Source: Candidatus Eiseniibacteriota bacterium
GTDB taxonomy: Bacteria; Eisenbacteria; RBG-16-71-46; CAZEPH01
DNA length: 64,000 nucleotides
Direction of reading: 5' to 3'
Assembly (NCBI GenBank): GCA_044229145.1
Contig: JBGATO010000002.1
Span: 32,001-96,000, forward strand
In this document: piece after piece, positions 21,001 through 29,656 of the stretch
Position numbering within the stretch: position 1 is the first letter of the stretch
Layout: every line of letters starts with the position of its first letter
Notes under the pieces: generated by a model
Databases searched by the model: none
Seen by the model: the letters and a program-made list of their open reading frames with translations, nothing else
Told to the model about the DNA's origin: nothing
Position numbers and translations under genes: made by a program

Positions 21001-22151
21001 GCAGCGGCGCAAAACTCAACATGGGCGCAGCCGCGCGAACGGTGAGCGGGACATTCCGGACGGCGGGGATTGTGAAGGGCAACTCGGGTGCGCTCACACT
21101 CCCCGGCGTGACGCAGATCGATCCCGGCGGCTCCTTTAACTTCACGCCGACGTACACCACGGGCTCGACACTTGTGTACAACAGTTCGGCGACCGTCGGC
21201 TCCGAGTGGAAGGCTGGCTCGGTCGCCGGCCTCGGCGTACCACAAAACGTCACCATCCAGCCGGGCGTGGGCGCCGCCGTCTCGCTGCCCGCCACCGATC
21301 GCACCTGTCCGGGCACGCTGACGTTGACCAACGGCACGCTGGCGACGGGCAACGTGACGATGATCGCCGCCGGATCCGTCGTGCGCACCGGTGGCTGGGT
21401 GAATGGCCGCTTGCAGAAGCCTGTGGCGGCGGGTGCCGTGTCGCAGGTGTTCGCGATCGGCGACTCGACCCGCTACGCGCCGGTCCAGGTGAACTACACG
21501 TCGGTCTCGGTGGGCGGCACGGTGACCGCGTCGACGACGGCGGGCGATCACCCGAGCATCGCCAGCTCGCCGCTCAACCCGGCGAAGACGGCGAACCGCG
21601 TGTGGACGCTGACCAACGTGGGGACGGTGTTCGACTCGGCGGCGGTGACGGTCACCTTCGACCCGCTCGACGTGGACGCGGGGGCCGACCCGGCGGTGTT
21701 CCTCGTGGGGCGATTCACCGCGCCCTCGACGTGGACCGCGCCGGCCGTCGGCGCACGCACCGCGACGAGCACGCAGGCGACGGGGCTCACGGCGTTCGGC
21801 GACTTTGCCGTGGGCGAGGCTCCGGCGCCGGTGGCGGTCGGTGACCCGTGGCTGGTGAGCACGGCGATCCCGGCGGCGACGGCGCTGTTGCCTGCTGCAC
21901 CGAACCCGGCGCATGGAGTCGCGCACCTGCGCTTCGCCTTGCACGAGCGCGGACCGGTGCGCCTGGCCGTGTACGACATCCGCGGGCGTCTCGTGCGCAC
22001 GCTGCTGCGCGCCGACGCGATCGCCGGCACGCACGGCCTCGTGTGGGACACGCGTGACGCGAGCGGTCACGCGGTGGGCGCGGGGCTGTACCTGCTGCGG
22101 CTCGAGACGGGCGGACGCGCCGTCACCGGCCGCTTGCAGATCGTGCGCTAG
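18078..22151 (+). CDS. Large secreted beta-rich surface protein with two tandem modules, an InlB-B-repeat-like linker and a FlgD-Ig/T9SS-like C-terminal domain
   Basis: Signal peptide; duplicated module YR...SG.W....W..(Y/F)DG..W through STQAT.LTAFGDFA.GE; PNP...VYDIRGRLVRTL...GLYLLRL. Confidence 0.8.
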   Translation: MHPCVRHGLRAAALLCALALAPVAHAATSGDYRTYNSGDWSNQAVWQRYDGSSWINVSTSPTSADGAITIRDSITVTTSVTVDQVTVNAGRQITIKLGKTLTLADGADTDLTINGTVLNQGTLALTGSATWAVNDGGTYIHNTVSAVATSLDAATLGAASTIIYRGSDTLDPPSSLGGRTYGHLRYESTSGAWSFNPTTGQPITILGDFFLGTGVTMTAANTGVMTFGGNYTIDGTLTNSGGTQKYTFTGAAATVAGAGAITFEQFSVPAGADLTLAAPVTLASGFTATVDGTLEANAALTANSTPQVNGTLRLNGGSISSQPTYGAASTLVLNATGAVGNEWGDSGSTAGPGVPQNVSVLSGTATMPAAARTCPGTLSLDGGSLTLGGADLTVGQSLALTSGVLATGGNTVILASGGTVTRGTGQVNGLLRKTVPTGAPSVTFEIGDGARYTPVKLDFASVTTAGPVTAGTTTGDNPQLATSKLDGAKSVNRWWTLTPGSFVFTTCDAKFTFDPADVDAGATPANFIVGRYDSAAWSYPALGNLTTTSTQATNLTAFGDFALGETIAFTITATAGANGSINPSGAVSVTYGNNKNFTIAPNPSYYVEDVLVDGVSVGAVDSYKFFDVRANHTIAVSFALGTLAYRSAASGNWNSPTTWEVFDGAAWVAASALPDPSLAGPITIRSPHVVTCTDSQTVDELTVDAGATLTVNEGEAVAVQDGPGTDLVLNGTLHSMGTCYMAFTSNGEVNDGGNYIIYAASNGQLANLVLSVHSTVTYRTEDGVGPFHGDMTSYGNLVIDGTGVVGFQGNLDLTVRGDCLILGASMHVTATGTLRFAGDVTCLSGYFDLDQNDEEGHTQICEFTGVGKTVSGSFPQMEQVKIPTGADITIEGQFVFLPGFESSIDGTLRAQGGDITADGTVRVKGTVRLAGGPGKVKGTGSFSYTAGATLIYDGDVTMDAVSWPSANGPTKVTVSSGAKLNMGAAARTVSGTFRTAGIVKGNSGALTLPGVTQIDPGGSFNFTPTYTTGSTLVYNSSATVGSEWKAGSVAGLGVPQNVTIQPGVGAAVSLPATDRTCPGTLTLTNGTLATGNVTMIAAGSVVRTGGWVNGRLQKPVAAGAVSQVFAIGDSTRYAPVQVNYTSVSVGGTVTASTTAGDHPSIASSPLNPAKTANRVWTLTNVGTVFDSAAVTVTFDPLDVDAGADPAVFLVGRFTAPSTWTAPAVGARTATSTQATGLTAFGDFAVGEAPAPVAVGDPWLVSTAIPAATALLPAAPNPAHGVAHLRFALHERGPVRLAVYDIRGRLVRTLLRADAIAGTHGLVWDTRDASGHAVGAGLYLLRLETGGRAVTGRLQIVR

Positions 22152-22187
22152 ACCTCCGGCGCGGAGTGGCGGCTCGTCGCCGGGCCG

Positions 22188-23303
22188 CTACTCTGCCGCC
22201 GCGAACCCATACGCCGACGCGTGCTGCAGCGGCGGCAACGCCTCGCGCGGCAACAGCAGCGTCCGCACCGCCCACAGCTCCGTGAAGATGCGGTATTTCG
22301 CCGTCGCGTCCAGGTAATCCACGCCGCTCGACCCGCCGGTGCCCATGCGCCGTCCGATCGTGCGTTCGACCATGCGGGCGTGGCGGGTCCGCCACAGCAC
22401 CATGAGTTCCTCGAGTTCGACGATGGTGTCGATCAGAAGCCGCGGCCAGGCGAGCAGCGGCAGTTCGCGGTACGACTCGATGAACAGCAGCCCGGCGCGC
22501 GTGCGGCGGACCTGCGGCCGTGCGGCGGCGTCCTCGACGTCTTCGGCGAACAGGAAGCGGCGCGCCGCCTCCTCGGCGGCGCCGAACTGCGCGGTGAGGT
22601 GCGCCGTTTCGTGACCTTGCTTCGGGGCGAAGTCGCGCGACTGCCGCGCGTGCAGCGTGTGCTGCGCGGCGAGGTACGCCTCGAGGAACGCCACCACGCG
22701 TGCGTCGTCGCCGGGATCGTCCGGGTGCGATCCGTCGATCGGCGTGCGGTACAGCCACGCGTGCAGCGTCGCGCGCAGGCTCGGCTCGGCCTGGGCGCGC
22801 TCGATGGCGGCCCACGCCTTGGCACCGCCTGGCGAGGCGGCGGCCAAACGGCGGATTGGCGCCAGCGGATCGCCGCCGCCTTCGCTGTGCCGCTGCGTGT
22901 CCGACAGCCCGAGCAGCAACTCGATCTCGCGCATCTGGTACGACTGGAAGCCCGACGCCGGCACCAACTTGTCGCGGAAGGCGAGGAAGTCCTGCGGCGT
23001 CAGCGTCTCCATGACGCGGAACTGGTCGATCGCCAGCTCGAAGATGGTGCCGACGCGGCGCAGGTGATGCACCACCCACGGCACCGTCTCCTCCGGCACC
23101 TTCGGCTCGCCCAAGCGGTCGCGCGCCAGCCGCAGCTCGCGCAGCACCAGCTTGAACCACAGCTCGAAGACTTGATGCACGACGATGAAGTGGAGTTCGT
23201 CGGAGAGCAGTGCCGTGTCGTCGTCGTCGAGGCCGTTCTGCAGTGCGAGCAGGCGGTCGAGCGCGAGGTAGTCCCAGTAGGTCGGTGGGGCGGACGAGGA
23301 CAT
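22188..23303 (-). CDS. kynA: Tryptophan 2,3-dioxygenase
   Basis: YWDYL.LD.LL, DELHFIVVHQVFELWFK, FRDKL.PASGFQS, WRTRHARMVER.IG...GTGGSSG.DYL. Confidence 0.95.
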   Translation of the reverse strand: MSSSAPPTYWDYLALDRLLALQNGLDDDDTALLSDELHFIVVHQVFELWFKLVLRELRLARDRLGEPKVPEETVPWVVHHLRRVGTIFELAIDQFRVMETLTPQDFLAFRDKLVPASGFQSYQMREIELLLGLSDTQRHSEGGGDPLAPIRRLAAASPGGAKAWAAIERAQAEPSLRATLHAWLYRTPIDGSHPDDPGDDARVVAFLEAYLAAQHTLHARQSRDFAPKQGHETAHLTAQFGAAEEAARRFLFAEDVEDAAARPQVRRTRAGLLFIESYRELPLLAWPRLLIDTIVELEELMVLWRTRHARMVERTIGRRMGTGGSSGVDYLDATAKYRIFTELWAVRTLLLPREALPPLQHASAYGFAAAE

Positions 23304-23333
23304 GGCGAGATCTCCGGACGGCGCGGGCGAGGC

Positions 23334-23362
23334 TTGTCGGCGCGCATTACACCGCGCACACT
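23334..23362 (+). promoter_or_regulatory. Putative leaderless promoter divergent from kynA
   Basis: TTGTCG-N17-CACACT, 6 nt before ATG 23369. Confidence 0.45.
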
Positions 23363-23368
23363 GCGCCC

Positions 23369-24244
23369 ATGTCCAGCCTGCCGGCGCTCCGCCCGCGCAC
23401 CGCGCTCGAATGGAAGCGCTTCTATGCCGCCGAGCGCGCCACGCTCGGCGCCGAGGGGCTGCTGCGGCTCGTCGACGAGGCGCCGCCTTGCGAGTTGCCG
23501 CGTGGCGGCGCATTGGTGTTTCCGCACACGCGGCTCGCGCACAGCGGCGTGGTGACAGCGGCGGCGGCGAAGGCGGTGATCGCGTCGGGTGTGGGAACGG
23601 TGCTGGCGCTCGGCGTGCTGCACGGCGGGCGGGAGTGCGATGCGGAGCGCGTCGCCGCCGCGCGGGCGGGCGATGTCGCGGCCCGCGCGGCGTTGCGGCG
23701 CGTGCACGGGCCTGGCGCTGACGGGGACGATGGCGTCTGGGCCGAAGAGTTCTCGCTCGCCAATTTCCTGGTGCTGCTCCGCGCTGCGGCGTGGCGCGCG
23801 GGACAGCACCCGCCCCTCGTCGTCACACGCTATCCGTTCCTCACGGGCGACGATCCCGAATCCGTGCCGGGATTCGACGAGCTGCGACGCCTGCGCGACG
23901 GCGGCGCCGCACTCGTCGCCACGGCCGACGCGATCCACCACGGCGTCGGCTACGGCACGCCGGAGAATGAACAGCGGCGCCGCGTGGACGCGGCGACCTT
24001 CGCCTGGGCGACCCACCGGCTCTCGACGCACCACGGTCTGATCGCCCGCCGCGACTACGCCGAATTTCAGATCGACGCGGCGCGGTTGCGCTCGGACTTC
24101 CGCGACAACGGTCCGGTGCTCGGCGCGCTGCTCGGCGGCGCTACGTCGTCCCTGCGCCAGTTGCGACTGGTCAACTACGCCGACGTCTTCGCCTGTGCCG
24201 AGCCCACGTGGGTCGCGGCCGCGCTCGTCGCCTACTCCGTGTAA
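23369..24244 (+). CDS. Hypothetical protein, divergent MEMO1/LigB-fold-like
   Basis: Motif order FPH...SG / LGVLH / EFSL / ATAD..HHG resembles MEMO1 PH..Y.YSG / LGPSH / EHS / SSD..H.G. Confidence 0.5.
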   Translation: MSSLPALRPRTALEWKRFYAAERATLGAEGLLRLVDEAPPCELPRGGALVFPHTRLAHSGVVTAAAAKAVIASGVGTVLALGVLHGGRECDAERVAAARAGDVAARAALRRVHGPGADGDDGVWAEEFSLANFLVLLRAAAWRAGQHPPLVVTRYPFLTGDDPESVPGFDELRRLRDGGAALVATADAIHHGVGYGTPENEQRRRVDAATFAWATHRLSTHHGLIARRDYAEFQIDAARLRSDFRDNGPVLGALLGGATSSLRQLRLVNYADVFACAEPTWVAAALVAYSV

Positions 24245-24678
24245 CTGCGCCGCCGGCGCCACTCCATGTACTTCTCCGGCTCGGCGAGCGCGGTGTAGCC
24301 GATCTTCGCGTACAGCGGATGCGCGTCGCGCGTCACCAACACCCAGCGGCGGAAGCCTTGCAACGCTTCGTGATCGTGCACCACGCGCATCATCCACTCG
24401 GCCAGCCCGCGGCCGCGGAACTCCTCGAGCACGTACACGTCGGCGAGATAGCCGAAGGTCGCGAAGTCGGTGATGACGCGGCAAAAGCCGATCTGCCGTT
24501 CGCCGTCGCCCTCGGCGACGTAGAGCCCGAACGGCATCGAGTGCGCGATGCCGAGCGCCAGCGTCTCGAACGGAATCCCCGGCGACCAGTACGACCCGAC
24601 GAGGTAGTCGTGGATCGCCTGCAGGTCGAGCCGGTCCGGATCGTCGCTCAGCGTGAATGCGTCGCGGGTCCACTCCAT
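24232..24678 (-). CDS. GNAT family N-acetyltransferase
   Basis: SYWS.GI, FCRVITD..TFGYLADVYV...RGRG, TRDAH.LY...G. Confidence 0.9.
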   Translation of the reverse strand: MEWTRDAFTLSDDPDRLDLQAIHDYLVGSYWSPGIPFETLALGIAHSMPFGLYVAEGDGERQIGFCRVITDFATFGYLADVYVLEEFRGRGLAEWMMRVVHDHEALQGFRRWVLVTRDAHPLYAKIGYTALAEPEKYMEWRRRRSYTE

Positions 24679-24680
24679 CG

Positions 24681-25604
24681 TCACGCCTCCCGACGCGTCG
24701 GCCGCCGCGCCGACGTCGTGATGAGCACCACCGCCGCGATCACCAGCGCGCTGGCGATCCAATGCCGCGTCGTCAGTTGCTCGCCGCCGAGCGACCAGCC
24801 GAGCAGCACGGCCACCACCGGATTGATGTATGCGTAGGTCGAGGCGCGCGCCGGACTCACGTGCTTGAGCAGCCAGATGTATGCGGTGAATGCCACCAGC
24901 GAGCCGAACACGATGAGATAGGCGAGCGACAACCACGCGCGCGTCGTCACCGTCGCCGGATGGAATGCGGGCCACTGATGCGTCGCCGCCGCCATCAGCG
25001 CGAGGCCGGCGCCGCCGGCGAGCATCTCCATCGCCGTGCCCATCGCCGCCGACTGCGGCAGCGGCGCCTGCCGCGCATACAGCGAGCCCGACGCCCAGCC
25101 CATCGCGCCGATCAAGATCGCCACCGTGCCGACGAGATCGAGCGGTTCGCCCGGCAAGATGCTCGACGGGCCGATGAGCCACGCCACACCCGCGAGGCCG
25201 ACGAGCAGCCCGAGGATGGTCCCGCCGTGCGGCCGTTGCTTGGTGATGAACGCCCATTCGAGCACCGTCACGTAGATCGGCGTGATGCCGATCAGCACCG
25301 CCGCGAGGCCGCTCGGAATGCGTGTCTCGGCGAACACCACGCCGCCGTGCGACATGCACAACATGCCGACGCCGATGAGCGCCGCGCTGCGCCACTCGAT
25401 GCGCCGCGGCCACGGTGCGCCGGTCGCCTTCGCCCACACCAGCATCGCCCCGCCGGCCATCAGGAACCGCAGTGCCGCCATCACGAATGGCGGCAGCGAT
25501 TCGAGCGCGAAGCGGATCGCCAGATAGGTCGATCCCCAAATCACGTACACCGCCGCGAACGCGGCGACGAGCGGGAGCAACGCGGGACGGGACGAGGTGG
25601 GCAT
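24681..25604 (-). CDS. EamA/YedA family transporter
   Basis: VYVIWGSTYLAIR, YLIVFGSLVAFTAY, YAYINPVVAV. Confidence 0.92.
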   Translation of the reverse strand: MPTSSRPALLPLVAAFAAVYVIWGSTYLAIRFALESLPPFVMAALRFLMAGGAMLVWAKATGAPWPRRIEWRSAALIGVGMLCMSHGGVVFAETRIPSGLAAVLIGITPIYVTVLEWAFITKQRPHGGTILGLLVGLAGVAWLIGPSSILPGEPLDLVGTVAILIGAMGWASGSLYARQAPLPQSAAMGTAMEMLAGGAGLALMAAATHQWPAFHPATVTTRAWLSLAYLIVFGSLVAFTAYIWLLKHVSPARASTYAYINPVVAVLLGWSLGGEQLTTRHWIASALVIAAVVLITTSARRPTRREA

Positions 25605-25686
25605 CGGGCGAGTGTGCGGAGGCGCGGCGGGGGAGGCGAGGTCCAAAGCGGGAGGGTGACGTCGCGGCGCCAAAATCGTGTATTGC

Positions 25687-26007
25687 CTACTCTCCGTACA
25701 TCTCCGTCAGCGTGCGGCGGAGCGCGGACGCCTCGACGGCGGTGAGCCGTCCGATCTTGTCGCGCACACGCTTCTTGCTCACCGTGCGAATCTGATCGAC
25801 CGCCACGTCGGCCGGTTGCCCCTCGCATTTGACCAGCACGCGTGACCGCCAGGTCGGCCTCGGTTGCGAGGTAAGCGGACACACCGTGATGGTGTGCAGG
25901 TGCCGATTCAGTTCGTCGAGACTGACGATGACGGCCGGCCGAGTCTTGCCGATCTCCGCGCCGCGCACGGGATCGAACTCGACCCACACGATGTCGTAGC
26001 GCTTCAT
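25687..26007 (-). CDS. mazF: MazF/PemK family toxin
   Basis: FDPVRGAEIGKTRPAVIVS, VCPLTS, DQIRTVSK.R. Confidence 0.93.
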   Translation of the reverse strand: MKRYDIVWVEFDPVRGAEIGKTRPAVIVSLDELNRHLHTITVCPLTSQPRPTWRSRVLVKCEGQPADVAVDQIRTVSKKRVRDKIGRLTAVEASALRRTLTEMYGE

Positions 26008-26327
26008 CGCCGCGGCTTCCGCGGCGACTTGGTTTTGTAGGCGGGAGCCTTTTCCGCGACCTTCGAGACCCACGGGGCGGATTCGAGCCCGTCGGCATTC
26101 GTCGAATCCCATGCCGCCCAATCCTCGACGGCGGCTGCCATTTCACGCGCCGTATCAGCCCACGAGAGCTTCTCGGCGGCGTTTCCCGCGGGCCGCAGCA
26201 GGATGCCGTCGCTACGCTCCTCCATGATGACACTGTCGCCGATGTGGAAGCGCTTGAGCGTCGCGGCGGGAATCCGCACGCCGCGCGAGTTGCCGATCTG
26301 GGCGATTTTCAGGCGGATAGCTGGCAT
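26004..26327 (-). CDS. mazE: AbrB/MazE family antitoxin
   Basis: IGNSRGVRIP motif; ATGA overlap with the toxin. Confidence 0.9.
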   Translation of the reverse strand: MPAIRLKIAQIGNSRGVRIPAATLKRFHIGDSVIMEERSDGILLRPAGNAAEKLSWADTAREMAAAVEDWAAWDSTNADGLESAPWVSKVAEKAPAYKTKSPRKPRR

Positions 26328-26330
26328 GTG

Positions 26331-26363
26331 CTTACAGTAACTACATCGAAAGTGTGCTGTCAA
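26331..26363 (-). promoter_or_regulatory. mazEF promoter with an overlapping short palindrome (possible autoregulatory operator)
   Basis: TTGACA-N18-TACTGT, 6 nt before the ATG; TTAC-A-GTAA palindrome covering the -10. Confidence 0.6.
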
Positions 26364-26388
26364 TGAGCGCGGGGCACGCCCGGGCGCG

Positions 26389-26874
26389 TCATGCGCGGAT
26401 CTCCACCTCGCCCTCGATCTCGACCGGAATGCGGAACGGCAACTCCGCCATCCCGACCGCGCTGCGCGCATGCGCGCCAACCTCCGGCCCAAACACTTCG
26501 AGGATGAGATCGCTGAACCCGTTGATCACCTTCGGCTGTTCGATGAAACCCGGCGCCGAGTTGACCATGCCGAAGAAGCGTCCGAATGCCGTGATGCGAT
26601 CGAGGTCGCCCAGCGCACGCTGCAGGCTGCCGAGGATCGACAGCGCCGTAAGACGCGCCGCGACGTAGCCTTCATCGACCGTGAGGTCGCTCCCGACCTT
26701 CCCGAACGGCGCGGCGAATGAACCGTCCGCCGCTTGCGGTCCGTGTCCGCTGATCAGCGCCCGCGTCCCGACGACGCGCACGAACTGGAACGGCAGCACG
26801 AAGCCGGGCGGCGGCACCGTTGGCGGCGGCAGGACGAGGCCGAGGCCGGCGAGGCGGTTGGCGATCTGGGACAT
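26389..26874 (-). CDS. RidA/YjgF family protein
   Basis: ISGHGP, GKVG, INGFSDL, HARSAVG.AELP...PVEIE; GGAG SD. Confidence 0.9.
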   Translation of the reverse strand: MSQIANRLAGLGLVLPPPTVPPPGFVLPFQFVRVVGTRALISGHGPQAADGSFAAPFGKVGSDLTVDEGYVAARLTALSILGSLQRALGDLDRITAFGRFFGMVNSAPGFIEQPKVINGFSDLILEVFGPEVGAHARSAVGMAELPFRIPVEIEGEVEIRA

Positions 26875-26902
26875 GGGGATCTCCGGAGAACGTTGAGTGC
26901 GG

Positions 26903-27881
26903 CTACTGCGAGCCGCCGCCGAGGAGGCACTCCATGTACACGACGCCCTCCAGCGGATTGTCGTAGTACGGCGCGATCTCGACGAAGCCGAGCGTGCGGT
27001 ACAGCGCCTGCGCCGCCTGCATCTGCTGTGGCGAGCGTGTCGAGGCGCATCGCGCGGTAGCCGATCTCGCGCGCCGCATCGAGCACGGCGAGCGCGAGCG
27101 CGCGGCCGAGGCCGGTGCCGCGTGCCGAGGGCGTGACGAACAGCCGCTTCATCTCGCAGATGTCGCCGTCGAGCGGACGCATCGCGATGCAGCCGACGGC
27201 GGTGCCTTCGCCCGTTTCCGCCACGAACAGCCGCCCGCGCGGCGGCGCGTACTTGCCCGGCAGCGCCGCGAGTTCCGCCGAGAAGCCCTGGAAGCACAGA
27301 TCGAGCGCCGTGTCCTCTTCGTACGCGCGGAACAGCGCCCGCACGGTGTCGAGATCGGCGTCCAGCGCCGGGCGAATCACGAATGGCGACGAGGTGCCCT
27401 GTCCCACGATCGCACTCCTCCTCTCGAGCAACACGGTGTCGCGCCACACGCCGTGCAGACGCCCGACCCGCTCTCGCACGCCGACGTCGCGGAAGCCGCA
27501 GGCGCGATGCAGCGCGAGGCTCGCCGCGTTGTCGGCCAGCACGCCGGCCTGCAGCGTCCACACGCCCGCCGCCTCCGACGCGGCGATCAGCGCCTCCAGT
27601 AATGCGCGGCCGACGCCCTGTCCGCGCGCCGACGCCGCAACGTACAGCCCGACATCCGCGACACCGCGATAGCACGCCCGCGACGACACCGGCGACAGCG
27701 CCGCCCAGCCGACGACCGCGCCGTCGCGCCGCGCCACCAGCCGTCCGGCCGCCAGCCGCGACGCATCGAATCGCTCCCACGACGGCACCGCCGTCTCGAA
27801 CGTCGCCATGCCGGTGGCGATGCCCTCGGCATAGATCGCCGCGATGGCCGGCCAGTCGGCGGCTGTGAAGGTGTCGATCAT
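26903..27881 (-). CDS. Double GNAT fusion (phosphinothricin/MnaT-like plus second GNAT) with an apparent frameshift near 27025
   Basis: Domain 1 IY.EGI.TG.ATFET...WRDT.LLERRS; domain 2 LCFQGF..EL..LPG.Y...CEMKRL. The expected [23 protein letters not shown] continues in another frame to TAG at 26903. Confidence 0.75.
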
Positions 27882-28411
27882 GCGTGTCTCCGGCGATGCG
27901 GCCACGTCGGCCCGGGCGGCGGCGGCACCGCCGCGTCCGGCGCCGCGCGCCGCGCGAGTTCGAGCCGCAACGAATCGAGCCCGCGCGCCATCGCCCAGCG
28001 GTGATTGAAGGCGAACAGCGGCCGCAAGAACGGCGTCAGCGCGCGCAAGAGCGGCTTCTCGGCGCGGATGCGCCAGTCGTAGACGATGTCGACGTCGTCG
28101 CCGCGCTGCGTGAACGTCCACTCGCCGCGCCCGACGAAATCGCCCTCGGCGGCGATGGTGAAGCCATGCGGCGTGCGCACGTCGACGACGCGGAAGTGCC
28201 AGCGCAGCGTGTACGGCAGCCAGCCCTTCGTCCACAGCGCGACCCGGCGGCCGACGCCGCGCGCGTCGCCCGGCTCGACGACGCGGACGTCGAGGTACAC
28301 GCTTGGCCACCAGCGCGCGAGGCCGGGCGCGTCGCCGAGGATGTCGCTGACCTCCTGCGCGGTGCCGGGCACCGTCCAGCGGGTGACGAAGTGGTAGTCG
28401 TTGACGGCCAT
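27878..28411 (-). CDS. SRPBCC/polyketide cyclase-like protein
   Basis: YHFVTRW, RWWPSV, LPYTL, GDFVGRG.W, NHRWAM.RG. Confidence 0.75.
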   Translation of the reverse strand: MAVNDYHFVTRWTVPGTAQEVSDILGDAPGLARWWPSVYLDVRVVEPGDARGVGRRVALWTKGWLPYTLRWHFRVVDVRTPHGFTIAAEGDFVGRGEWTFTQRGDDVDIVYDWRIRAEKPLLRALTPFLRPLFAFNHRWAMARGLDSLRLELARRAAPDAAVPPPPGPTWPHRRRHA

Positions 28412-28525
28412 CGCCTCTCTCGTGCGCGGAACTGTCGGGGGGAGGACGTATGCTCCGGGGCCCACGCGGAGACTCGGAGATTTCATGGACGGACGTTCGG
28501 CACCGGCACGGCGGATCGCAGCGCG

Positions 28526-29656
28526 ATGAGATTCCTGCACACCGCCGATTGGCATCTCGGCCGCATGCTCGCCGGCTACTCGCTGCTCGATGATCAAGCG
28601 CACGTCCTCGACCAGTTCGTCGCGCTGGTGCGCGAGACGCGGCCGGACGCCGTGCTGCTCGCCGGAGACGTCTACGATCGCGCGGTGCCGCCGGCCGACG
28701 CGGTCGCGTTGCTCGACGACACGGTCGCGCGTCTGGCGGCGTGCGGCGTGCCGCTCGTCGCGATCGCCGGGAATCACGATAGCCCCGAGCGTCTCGGCTT
28801 CGGCAGCCGCCTTTTCGCGGGCGGCGGGGTCCACATCGCGGGGCCACTGGGGGCCACGCCGTTGCGCGTGCCGCTGGCGGACGCGCACGGGCCGCTGCAC
28901 ATCGTCGCGCTGCCGTACGCGGAGCCGGCGGTGGTGCGCGAGGTGCTCGGCCGCGACGACCTCGACTCGCACGACGCGGCGATGGGCGCACTGTGCGACG
29001 TGGTGCGCGCGGCGACGCCGGCCGGCACGCGGGTGGTGCTCGTCGCGCACGCGTTCGTGGCGGGCGGCGAGGAGAGCGCGTCGGAGCGCGCGCTGAGCGT
29101 CGGTGGCAGCGGCGTCGTGGCGCCGGAGCGCTTCGACGGCTTCGCGTACGTGGCGCTTGGGCACTTGCATCGCCCGCAGTTGGCGGGCGGGCCGCGCGTG
29201 CGCTACAGCGGGTCGCTGCTCAAGTACTCGGCGAGCGAGGCGCTGCAGCGCAAGTCGGTGTCGCTCGTCGAGGTCGACGCGGCGGGCGCGGCGCAGGTCG
29301 AGGAGATCACGCTGGCGCCGCGGCGCGATTTGCGCGTGGTGACAGGCGAACTCGACACGCTGCTGCGCGAGCCGCCGAGTGACGACTACATCCACGTGCG
29401 CCTGCTCGACCGCGAGCCGCCGCACCAGCCGGCGGAGCGGTTGCGCGCGGTGTTTCCGTCTCTGCTCGGCGTCGAGTTCGCCGGTGTCGACGCGCCCGGC
29501 TCGCTGGATGTCACCGCGATCGAACGCACGCGCCGCCGCAGCGACCTCGAGGTGTTCGACGACTTCGTCCGCGCGATGACCGGCGAGGCGATGTCCGACG
29601 CGGAGCGCGAGGCGTTCGCGGCCGCCGTCGGCACGCGTGCGGAGGACGACGCGTGA
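28526..29656 (+). CDS. sbcD: SbcCD nuclease subunit D
   Basis: HTADWHLG, AGDVYD, GNHDS, LGHLH, YSGSLLKYS.SE. Confidence 0.96.
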   Translation: MRFLHTADWHLGRMLAGYSLLDDQAHVLDQFVALVRETRPDAVLLAGDVYDRAVPPADAVALLDDTVARLAACGVPLVAIAGNHDSPERLGFGSRLFAGGGVHIAGPLGATPLRVPLADAHGPLHIVALPYAEPAVVREVLGRDDLDSHDAAMGALCDVVRAATPAGTRVVLVAHAFVAGGEESASERALSVGGSGVVAPERFDGFAYVALGHLHRPQLAGGPRVRYSGSLLKYSASEALQRKSVSLVEVDAAGAAQVEEITLAPRRDLRVVTGELDTLLREPPSDDYIHVRLLDREPPHQPAERLRAVFPSLLGVEFAGVDAPGSLDVTAIERTRRRSDLEVFDDFVRAMTGEAMSDAEREAFAAAVGTRAEDDA

